From: Takakia lepidozioides
Taxonomy: Eukaryota; Plantae; Bryophyta
Length of the DNA stretch: 64,000 nt
Direction of reading: 5' to 3'
Assembly (NCBI GenBank): GCA_030704615.1
Contig: CM060731.1
Location: 23,808,001 to 23,872,000, forward strand
A program made the position numbers and the translations under genes. This document shows, piece after piece, positions 12,661-23,276 of this stretch (position 1 is the first letter of the stretch; every line of letters begins with the position of its first letter). The notes under the pieces are model-generated. The model was not told where the DNA came from, did no database searches, and worked only from the letters and a program-made list of their open reading frames with translations.

Positions 12661-13199
12661 CCCAACCATCCTGCACTTCTGCAACAGTACTATCCACGGT
12701 TATAGGTCGCCATTGCGTTTTCGGAGTCTGCAAACCCGGATCCTAATTCCGTTTGCGTCTCTTCCTCTGGAATAATTTCGGTGCCGTTATTGCCCATAAT
12801 TCAGTTTTTCTATGACCTGGCCTGGCGGTCCATGAGCCTGGGCTCCAAGTCATGAGCGGACACTGGTACTTATGAGCGGAGTGCTTCCAACATGAGCGCG
12901 GAAATCTTCGAAAACCTTCTCTTCTTATACTACTTTCGATTATTTTATAGTTTTGGGCCCGAAAAAAATCTGCTGAAATCCGAAGTGTGTTACTTTGCGG
13001 CTCATGGGTGAGCCATGCCCGCTCATGAGCTCATGGAATAGCAACCCCCCTGTGGAACGCTGTGATGGGCTGTGATAGGCTGTGTGGCACTGTGATGGGT
13101 TGTGATAGCTATGCGAACACCTGTACTTCCCGCCCTCGTCATACACGCTCGGCTTAGCGACAAGTGCTCCATACTCCGTTGGTATCAGTGGCGCAGCCC

Positions 13200-16100
13200 G
13201 TGACTGTTTTTGTGTTTCAACATGCAAATCGTACTGCAATGGTTTGTCATGGATACCACTGTATCCCTTCAACTTATTGGCATTGACTCTCCCCAGCATT
13301 TCTTTGTTAATGGTTTGTAACATGACGGTGTTATTATCAAACATCTTCTGTATGACATAAGGTCCTTTCCATGGTGATTTAAGCTTAGAAGCTTTAATCT
13401 TCCCCTTCTTCTGCAACCACAGTACCAAATCTCCCGTCTTAAAAGTCTTTAATTTACCTTCATCAAACTGATCCTTTCTCTTCATCTGAATTTTGGTCAT
13501 GTTATCAGCTGCATCAGCACGTACTTCTTCCACATGGTATAATTCATGTTTCCTGACCTTAATTGAATCTTCCAATTCCATTCTCCTTCCCCATTCAGTT
13601 CTCATGGTAGGTAACAAGAATTCCACTGGAAGTAAAGCTTCCATACCATAAACTAATTGGAATGGTGTATACTTAGTGGTGACTTTATATGAAGTCCTGT
13701 ATGACCACAAAGCTGTCAGCAGCTTTGTATCCCAATCTGTTCTGTTTGCATTGACTATCTTAGCCAAGATAGTACATAGTATTTTGTTGGTAGCCTCTGC
13801 CTGCCCATTACCCTGTGGGTAATAAGTTGTACTCTTCCTATGCACAATCATGAACTCTTTAGTCAATAGTTCTATGGTCTCATTAATGAAATGACTTCCC
13901 TAGTCACTGATAAATTCCAGGGGACAGCCAAATCGTGTAAGTATGTTCTCATACAGGAACCTTGCTGTGGACTTAGCTGTGTTGTCCCTCAGAGCTTTAG
14001 CTTCCACCCACTTTGTAGTATAATCAGTGGCTGTGATTACATACTTGTTCTGTGTATTCTTGGCTGGTGGGTTAATTGGTCCAACAAAGTCTAGTCCCCA
14101 TTTCTGAAATGGTTCAGTAGGCATCGTAGGATGCAAAGCCCTCTTCCCAGATGTCTGCAATGGTCCTAGCCTCTGACACTCATCACAACTCTTATAATAC
14201 TTGTGTACATCTTTGAACAAAGTAGGCCACCAGTAACCTGCGAGTAGTATCTTTCTACTTCTCTTCTCCAAAATGACCTCCAGCCACTCCTTTATGAACT
14301 TCCTCCAAAACTTTATTTACTTCATGGTGGTACAAGCATCGTTTAAGTACTCCATCAGGTCCTAGCTTATACATTCTGCCCCCTACCATAGTATAAGGTA
14401 AAGCCTTGATAGCGATTCTCTTCCTCTGCTCCTTTCCATAACTAGGTGGGCACTGACCATGAGTAAGGTAGTATCTGATTGGCCACTGCCAATCTAACCA
14501 GTCATCTGCACTTCCCTACACCTCCACCGCAAATAAACTCGCATCAGGTAATTGGTCGTCTACTCCTGTGGCGGGCTCTCCTGTTGATAGGCGTGACAAG
14601 TGATCTGCCACAAGATGCAAACGGCCAGGCTTGTAAACAACTTCGAACTCAAACTCGTGCAAGATTATTAACCACCTTGCTATCCTTCCACTTATCAAAG
14701 GTTTGTTCACCAGATATATCAGAGCCTGGTGATCCACATAAAACATAAACTTCCTTCCCAATAGGTAATGCCTGAATTTCTTGACTGCATAAATCATTGC
14801 CAGTGCTTCTCTTTCGTTGTGCTATAGTTCCTTTCAGCACTGTTCATCAACCTGCTAGCATAGTACACAGGTGAATCTATATTTCCTGTAACATTTTGGG
14901 CTAACATTGCTCCCAACGCTTCTCCTGAGGCATCACAGTGAACATGAAATACTACATGCCAGTGAGGGTTAATCAGCACAGGGATAGTTGTTACTGACAA
15001 TGTAAGTTCCTCAAAAGCCTGTTGACATTCAGCTGTCCATGCAAACACTGCATCTTTCTTCAGAAGCTTGCTCAATGGTGCTGCTATCTGTGCATACCGT
15101 CTGACAAATCTTCTGTAATAACTGGTTTGTCCAATGAATCTCCTTAGACTCTTAACATTTACTGGTGGTGGAGAGGCTTTAATGGCCTCTGTCTTTCTGG
15201 GATCCACAAGAAGTCCCCTCTTACACACAATGTGTCCCAAAAGCACCCCTGAGTTCACACAAAAAGTACACTTCTCTGGATTCAGGCCCAGACCTCTCAT
15301 CCTGCATCTGGCCAAACATAACTCCAATTTATGCAAGTGCTCATTCTTAGAGCTGTAAACACTGAAATCATCCAAGAACACCTGCATGAAATCATCGAGA
15401 TACTCATGAAAAGATTCACTTATCACTCTCTGAAAGGTTGCTGGTGCATTACAAAGTCCAAAAGGCATGACTTTGTATGCATAAGCACCCCAGTCTGTGA
15501 TGAAAGCTATCTTTCCCTGGTCTTCTTCTGCCACTTGCACTTGATTATAACCACTGAAGCCATCCATGAATGAGTACATCTCATGGCCTGCCACAGTGTC
15601 CAATACCGCTTCTGTGAATGACAAAGGGAAATGATCTTTCTTCGTACAAGCATTCAACTTCTTATAGTTCACACAAACTCTCAGTTTACCATTCTTCTTG
15701 GGAACTATCACAATGGGTGACAACCAAGTTGTATACTCTATCGGGTATATAAACTTAGCCTCAGCCAACTTCTTGATCTCTTCTCCAACCTTCTGTGCAT
15801 AGTTGGGATTCATTCTGTACCTTGCCTGTTTGATTGGTACTGACCCTGGTTCTAGCTCAATCTTATGCTGACAGATCTCAGGTGGTATCCCTTTCAGATC
15901 CTCGTAGCTCCAAGCAAATACATCTCTGTATTTGATGAATAGACTCTTAGCTTCCTCAAAGAATTATGGCTCCAAATCAGCCCCTACCTTCACCATCCTC
16001 GGTTCCCCTTCAGTTCCCACATTCACTTCTCTCACCTGCTCATCAGCTGTGATTGTCCAACCAGTCACCACTTCATCTTGTAAACTCACAGTGGCTGGTT

Positions 16101-16740
16101 CTTCTAGGATTTCCATTTCTCCCTCTCTTTCTTCATAGAAATGTGGTGGGTAACTGCTTGTTTCACCCTCAATTGGTGTTGCTGTCACTACACCACAGCA
16201 GATACCTTTTAAACAACTTAGGCCTTCCAGTCGCATCTCTGCAACCTGTTCCCACTTTGGGTGTGTTGCGAACAGGGTAGCTTCATACTCCTCATCAAGT
16301 CCTCCCCTCCAGTCATACTCCCTGACCCCTCGAGGTATTCTCGTAGCAGGTAATCTACTAGATTTCTTAGTGGTGATTTGTATCTTGTGCATCCCATCAT
16401 GCACAGTTAGTAATTGCTATTCCAGTCATGGAATACCCTGGCCTGTTTCAGCCACGGTCGACCCAGCAATAAGGAGTAAGCTTCCATAACTTCATCCATT
16501 TTCAACACAGTTACTGTGATAATAAAGATCATCTTTTCAATCTGTATCTTAACTCCTCTTATCAATCCCAATGGCTGTACACTTCTTTGATCTGTCATTG
16601 TTACTGTAAATGGGGCTGGTCTGTCATGATATTCACTCCAGAGCCTCCATCTATTAGTACATCAGTTAGTTCCGTGCTTCCAATTCTCAATTGGATTACT
16701 GGCATAGAATCATCAAAGTCCATGACTGTTTCTCGCCCTT
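13200..16740 (-). pseudogene. pol: pol: protease, reverse transcriptase, RNase H, integrase
   Basis: Protease LIDGGSGVNI (~16630-16660). RT DGFSGYNQ, MPFGLCNAPATFQR, FLDDF. RH CDAS...DHQAL...ADHLSR. INT GGHF, CDECQR, WGLDFVGP, YPQGNGQAE, WKGPY. Confidence 0.93.
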
Positions 16741-16746
16741 CCAGCT

Positions 16747-19212
16747 TCACACTATCACCTTGCTATTCAGGTCTGTGTTCCCTGTCACATGGGCAATTCG
16801 ATTGATTGCTTGATATAGCCTGTGTCTACAATAAGGTGCCACAGCCAATAGCTGTCCAATGGTAATCTCCGCTTTGGACTGGCATATTACTTCAGCCAAA
16901 GTCCCTTCATTACTCTGCATTTCTGCAGCTTCTTTCTTTCCTTCATCCTCACTCACTTCTTCTTCTCTTTCAGAATCAGAGGAATCTGCCATAGGAATAT
17001 CAGTACTCTTCTGCATTTCCCTTATGGTATCTGCCACTTCCTTGTGCAGTTCCTTCTCATCTCTCCAAGCCTCATCATCTTCAGGCACATCACTGCCATC
17101 TTCATTATCATCACCTTCCTCATCTACTGGAGGTATTATTTTGGCTTTGCTTCTGGTTACTGTCATTGTACTTACTTCTGGTACAACACATGGCCTAACC
17201 ATGTGAGCTGCCACCACTGGCCCCTCATTCACAGGAGCTCTCATCTCATTCTGGTGTCTGATCCAGAATGGACAGGCTGCCTTGCGATGTCCTGCCTGAT
17301 TACAATAGTAACACAGTTCTTCCCCATTAGGTCCTCGCCCTTGGTCTGTTCTGGGATTGTTTTTGTAATCCTGATTCCCTGGCTGGTAATTCCCCCTTGG
17401 ATTACCCTGATAGTTGCCTCTGGAATTTCCTTGGTAATTCCCTCTTGGATTACCTCTCCCTTCCATGCCATTGTTATAACCACCAGGCCTACCATAGTGG
17501 TCCTGATCACTGTTTCTTCTTGGTTGGGACTGCACTTGATGCACCCTTACTTGCCTAGGTTCTCTTGCTGCTGTCCTTCTATTGTAATAACAATTCTCAG
17601 TAGAATGGTTATCCATTTTACAGATAGTACAATGTTTCTCCTTCATGTGGCATTCAGTGGTGGTATGGCCTTCATTCTGACATTTTGCACACCAAACACC
17701 CTTCCTCCAATGTGTTGCAGCCTCTGTGGCATACTTCTTCAAGATTTCTTCTAATCTTTTCTCATAGTTATCCCTCTTCAACTTTTCCTTCCTCTTACTC
17801 TTCCTCTTAAGCTCTTGCTCTTTTTCCTCATCTGACTCATCCTCAGAGTCCTCATCATCCCTTTTCTCTCTCCTGAGCATTCCCAATTGCTCAATTTTGT
17901 TCGCTGTTTCAAATGCCTCCTCCACTATATTATGGGGTAACATATCCACTTTCTTTTGCAACTCTGGTCTTAGTCCACTCACAAACCAAGTCTTCTATAA
18001 ACCTGGTGCTGGTACAGCAACCAGCTTTTTCATCATCAATTCCATCTTTTCCATATACCCCTCAACAGTTTCATGCTTCTTTTGCTTTAACTGTTGTAAA
18101 CTTCCATACACTTCATCCTCAGTTTTACTTGTCCTGAACCTATTTCGGAATGCTGTATTCAAGCCATTCCAGGTTAGGAAATGATTATCAGGGAATCTTG
18201 CATACCATTCACTTGCTTTCTTTATAAGTGAACAAGGAAACAGTCTTATCTTGGCATCATCGCCATTCTAATTGTTCATAATACACATGTGCTCAAATTG
18301 GCTAATGTGTACATCAGGATCCCCTTTCCCTGAATATATTGGAAAATGTGGTTTTGCCCGTGTTGGTTGTAACGCCATCTGTGGCCCTACCCCCTGCCCA
18401 CTGACAGGTGCTGGCCCCCTTGCTGGTGCTGGTCCTTGAGGATCTGTGGTAGTTGTGGTGGAACTTCCACCAAGTGCTGGCCCCTGAGCACTCCCTGCTA
18501 CTGGCCCCACTATATTCACAATATTCCCAGCTCCAGTTGCACTACTTCCCACACTCCCTGTCCCCCCAGAGCCAGATCCAGGCTGCCCGCTTGATCCCCT
18601 TGAACCGACACCTTCATTGGCCTGTGATCCAAGTGCTCCACTTGATCCAGGTCCAACGGGTTGGGATGTCCTAGTTGTAGTCTCAACCTCAGCTGTTGGG
18701 TCTACTTCATCATACTCTTCCTCTTCCAATTTCTTCTCTCTGTTTTCATCTTCCAAGTTCTGCCCTTGGGTTTCTTCTTCTTCACTCATGTAACTCAATT
18801 GCAATGGTGTTGGAGAGTCTGAACTCTCCGTTGGCTCTGCCACATCCTCTCCTCCTTCTTCGTCTTCCGTTTCAAAAACTGGAGTTCCTGCTTTTGGTGT
18901 TCCATGCCAACTCTTATCAAAGATTTCTGTCAAATCTTTTATCCAGGGATGTACCTCAGATCTTTCACCTCGTGGTTGATCTTCTTCCTGTACCAATTCC
19001 CTTAATCTTTCTTGCAAAGAAAAAGAAGGAATGGCATCCAACTCTAGTTCTTCCAGTATGGGTGATGTACTCTCTGATCTTAATGGTGTGAGAGGTCCAG
19101 ATGATTCCCCTATGTCTATTCCTCTCTCCCAAAGATATGGATAATTAGCTTTCAGATAGCTTTCTCTTTTTGCTGAATATCTCTGGAGTCTAGCTTCTCT
19201 TTCATCACTCAT
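16747..19212 (-). pseudogene. gag: gag with three CCHC zinc knuckles
   Basis: Retrotransposon-gag core (FPIYSGKGDPDVHISQFE...LFPCSL..ASEWY) continues across in-frame stops. Knuckles are CAKCQNEGHTTTEC, CTICKMDNHSTENC and CYYCNQAGHRKAAC. Confidence 0.88.
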
Positions 19213-19232
19213 GTCCCATGTCTTTCATTTCT

Positions 19233-19928
19233 TTAATGTGGCAATAACCAAAACTCTCTTCTGTAGTATCTCTCGTATATGCCTGGGTTTCTTTCAAGCT
19301 TCAATGCACCCTTGGCTATACTAGAAGTCTCCGTTACCATATAACCATATGGCAAACAAGTCTGGAAAGCTATTCTTGGTGTGAGTTTGATCCACAGAAT
19401 ATCCTTTGGAATCCAATTCTTTACCAGTACAAGCTCCTCATGCATATGAGTATAAACATTCACCTTCATTTCCTCCCAGCCTTCAAACTCTACTCGCTTA
19501 ATGGATAGCAATGCTATCACATAAACCAGTGTTGGTAACCAATGTGCTCTTCCTCTACAGGCCACCTGATAAATCTTTATCACTCCTTTCTCCAGACCCC
19601 ACTCAGGATCAGCATCATGTACTCTCTTAAGAATGTTTTCTTTACAACCGTCTGGCAATTCCAAGAACCTCTAAAAGAATTGTTTGGACAATCCTTCCTT
19701 CTTAGTTCCATAGGGAATTTGATTCACATCAAATTCTTTAATTCTCCAACCACCATGATCCCACCAGATGCCTATCACATCTGGTTGTTCATGACCCAGT
19801 TCCCCAGTATGGTTTCCAAATGTCGAGTGGCTTTTACTCACCCATCCATTTGCTATCCGAGGTGGAAACTCCAAGATAGAAGAGTTGGATATCTCTAAGC
19901 ACTCAGCCCGCTCAGAACAATCAGTCAT
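19233..19928 (-). pseudogene. 5' extra ORF (~231 codons, one stop) starting inside the LTR and crossing the PBS
   Basis: ORFs 19671-19928 and 19233-19664 are in the same frame. The first 36 codons are also open in the other LTR (2568-2675). Confidence 0.65.
19801..19818 (-). promoter_or_regulatory. Primer-binding-site position, atypical sequence TGGAAACCATACTGGGGA
   Basis: Lies 2 nt after the LTR CA end and begins TGG. The cognate tRNA was not identified. Confidence 0.55.
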
Positions 19929-20873
19929 GACCTGCAGCTAGTGAATCATGGTTGTGCTTCCTATTTGTATTCCTTCCTGCCTTCATGTTATCAATTTACC
20001 TTACCGTGTATACTGAAGCATCAGATTGCTTTAGTATCTACTAAGTTCCAATTAATCATGCATTCATTCCACAACTTCTCTCGTGTCTCTCTACACAGTA
20101 TGTTTGTATCGATTCAGTATCGGATTAAGATTAATCATGTATCATGCCTAAGCCATGGTGTCTCTATTCTACCATATTGTATAATTTTACAGCTTGCATG
20201 AACTAAGCCTCATTCAAGTCATCATCTCCTATTCACTGTTTCCGTTCTCCGTTACGTCTCCTCATCTCTTGAACAAGTCGCTCTCCTCCAGAAGTGATCC
20301 CCTTCCTGTTGCCGCTCTGCCTAATCTACCCGCAAGCTGTTCTAACCACCTAACTAACTAACCGTCACCCCTAAAGTAACATGTTCCCTCTGCAGATGCC
20401 GTTCCCACACAGTTGTTCCTTGTCAATGATAACTGTTCCACATGTACTGTGACAGGATGTGTCAAGCTGTGCCGAGCTGTGACTGGCTGTGTAAAGTTGT
20501 GTCGGGCTGTGACTGGCTGTGTGAAGCTGTGTTGGGCTGTGTCAGACTGTGTCTGGCTGTGATAGACTGTGACGGGCTGTGTAAAGCTGTGTCGGGCTGT
20601 GTCAGACTGTGTCTAGCTGTGATAGACTGTGACGGGCTGTGTAAAGCTGTGTTAGGCTGTGAATGGCTGTGCGAAGCTGTGTCGGGCTGTGTCAGACTGT
20701 GTCTGGCTGTATCAGACTGTGACGGGTTGTGTAAAGTTGTGTCGGGCTGTGTAACCCCCCCTAAAGCCTACTCCTGCCACCCCTAAGGCTCATGTTGGTC
20801 TCAGTCTGCGCAAAAATTAAGGGTACCCCACAGAACCCATAAAAGCGTCTAAGTCCCAAGCAGCCCTCTAACA
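19821..20873 (-). repeat. 5' LTR (1053 bp) with CACAG/CTGTG tandem tract at ~20447-20752
   Basis: TG...CA on the minus strand; homologous to 1573-2675. Confidence 0.92.
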
Positions 20874-21821
20874 CCTGCTAACTTGCAGAATTCAACATGC
20901 ATTCAGGGCCGAGTCTCAGGACAGGGCAAAACATGCGGCAATAGGTAGAAGAAGAAGGTGCCTTCACCACCACCCAACCAGCTACCTTATAGAATTCAAC
21001 ATGCATTCAGGGCCGAGTCTGATGACAGGGCAAAACAGGCTGCAATACATTAAGGAATAAGGTACCACCACCCAACCAGCTAACTTACAGAATTCAACAT
21101 GCATTCAGGGCCGAGTCTCATGACAGGGCAAGACAGGCTTCAATAGGTCAACGAAGAAGGTGCCCTCACCACCACCCAACCAACTAATTTTAGGGTTTAA
21201 CATGCATTTAGGGCTGAGTCTGATGAGAGGGCAAACCATGCAACAGTAGGTCAAAGAATAAGATGCCCTCACCACCACGGAACCAGCTAACTTCAGAATG
21301 ACAACATGCATTCAGGGCCGAGTATGATGAGAGGGTAAAATAGGCTGCAATAGGTCAAAGAAGAAGGTGCCCCCACCACCACCCAACCTGCTAACTTACA
21401 GAATTCAACATGCACTCAAGGCTGAGTCTGATGAAAGGGAAAAATAGGCAACAGTACATCAAAGAAGAAGGTGCCCTCACCACCACCCAGAATGCTAACC
21501 CCAGAAGAAAATTCAACATGCATTCAGGGCCGAGTCTGATGAGAGGGCAAAATAGGCTGTAATAGGTTGAAGAAGAAGGTGCCCTCACCACCACCCAACC
21601 AGCTAACTTACAGAATCCAACATGCATTCAAGGAGAAGTTTGATGACAGCGCAAAACAGGTTGCAATAGGTCAAAGAAGAAGGTGCCCTCACCACCACCC
21701 AACCAGCTAACTTTAGGGTTTAACATGCATTCAGGGCTGAATCTGATGAGAGGGAAAAACAGGCTGCAATAGGTTGAAGAAGAAGGTGCCCTCACCACCA
21801 CCCAACCAGCGTACTTACAAA
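20874..21821. repeat. ~104-bp tandem repeat array, ~9 copies
   Basis: Unit AACTTACAGAATTCAACATGCATTCAGGGCCGAGTCTGATGA...GAAGAAGGTGCCCTCACCACCACCCAACCAGCT. The LTR directly abuts the array. Confidence 0.95.
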
Positions 21822-21881
21822 ATTAAACATGGTCAAAAACTAGGTTTGTAAGACTTGTAGGAAAGGTAATGTGACTTACCT

Positions 21882-21885
<4 letters not shown>

Positions 21886-21917
<32 letters not shown>
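21886..21917. repeat. (AG)n microsatellite
   Basis: About 16 AG units. Confidence 0.95.
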
Positions 21918-21919
<2 letters not shown>

Positions 21920-22551
21920 CTTAGGGATCCCACCGCCATCTTGTTAGTATCTTTAGTGGGGGTGGCAGTCCTAGCAAGCCGCTTGGTAGGAGTCATTTGT
22001 GGACGAGCTGGCTCAAGCTTGTCAGCACTGTCCACATCCTCCTCCTCTGCGCTCTCGCTCTCTGGTGAGTAGTCTGCACTTCGAGTCGCAGCACTATCTT
22101 CCTCCGAGTTCCTCTCCAAGTCGCTCGACTCTTTTTCCCCCACACCCATGTGAACATGAGTATTTGCACTCAAACGACTACTTCTTTGCAATGGGCCATT
22201 CCACACATAACAGGTTTTTTGCGAGACGCACTCTTTTTCTCTACAGTAGGAACTCGGAGAACAATCGCGAGAGGGAGTCAGCAGTGTGTAAAAGCGACTT
22301 ATGCAAAAAATGCGAGAGACTGTGTGTGTGAGTAGAGAAAAAATGAGAGACTTGTCGCGACGTTGTCCATGTCCCGGGTTGCATCGGATGGTCCACGTCC
22401 ATCCAGTGGCGGAGATGGGATGTTGACACGTCGTCGTTTTACAAAATAAAAACTAGGGTATAAAGTAACCACTACCTTAGTGTCCATAACAACTGCTGAT
22501 TGCTGACATGACAGTCAGTGAGGGGCTATTGTAATCTAGGGACGTCGTTTA

Positions 22552-23276
22552 TGTAACACCAGCGAGTTTGGCCCATGGCAACGCATAGGAGGCTACGTTG
22601 GGCCATGAACGAGGGGGAGCGCAATGCAAGTGTTACTTGAGCAAATGAAGAGCTGAGAATGTGAGCCAAACAATGAAGAAGGAAGGGAGCACTGCATGTA
22701 GAGTAGTGGAGCGTGGAGACTGCATTGACTTACCCAGGACTGCCTTTCTATTGCCATTGTAACCTCGGCTATTTTTTGGGCACGGAAGGCTTCGTATTAA
22801 CACTTTGAACATGCTTAACCCTAGCTTGATAGTGAAATGAATACTAACAAGCCTTTAGTCACCCTCTACAAGCCATGGCGTACACCATTGACTCCATAAT
22901 GCATACAAAGGATTCTCAAACCCTAGAATCCATGCTTCCACACACACAAGACTTCCTCTTTGCAATCCTTGCAAAATCTTGTGACTCAAGAGCTTTCTTC
23001 TCAAGCTCTCCAACTCCTTGGTGCATGCAACACTCGAGCACCTTTCCTTGCAACCCCTTGCAAGCCTTGTGATACAAGAGCTAAATTCTCCTAGCTCTCA
23101 ACCTCTTTAACATACAAGTGCAATACTAATCCTTACACTCCGCACTCACAAGCATAAGGTGATCTTCCTGTAGTGATAAAAGATGAGAAATGAGAGAAGT
23201 GGAAGACAATGAAAGCTCTCAAAGCATGAAGCAATCACAATCCACCCTACAAAGTCCTCAACACACTCCCTCTCAA
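22552..23276 (-). mobile_element. Possible LTR with PPT of another LTR retrotransposon family
   Basis: On the minus strand, PPT-like TTGAGAGGGAGTG (23276-23264) is followed by TGTTGAGG. A candidate end GGTGTTACA is at 22552. No second copy in the window confirms it. Confidence 0.4.

Larger units (their letters stand above)
6936..13050 (+). mobile_element. Mutator-like (MULE) DNA transposon, degenerate; left part truncated or rearranged
   Basis: Transposase at 7662-10842, TIR at 13029-13050 and 64-bp subterminal repeats. The same ATTTCGG(C/T)GCCG core recurs at ~7540, 7603, 10959, 11095 and 12773. Confidence 0.8.
13051..20873 (-). mobile_element. Ty3/gypsy non-chromovirus LTR retrotransposon (Phygy/Selgy/Athila-like), 5' LTR through integrase, degenerate
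   Basis: Order is LTR(20873-19821), PBS, extra ORF, gag, PR, RT, RH, INT. No chromodomain and no additional RNase H were seen. Several stops and frameshifts are present. Confidence 0.93.

Noticed and set aside
13045-13054. CAC-terminated (CACTA/Transib-like) ends for the DNA transposon
   Set aside because: The CAC/GTG is offset by one base between the two ends and is explained by the host CACAG repeat. The TIRs align best starting at GG, and the transposase is MULE-like.
1573-20873. The two LTRs as the pair of one element, or as giant TIRs
   Set aside because: They are inverted, substantially diverged in the middle, and one is preceded by a PPT while the other is followed by a PBS. They belong to different insertions.
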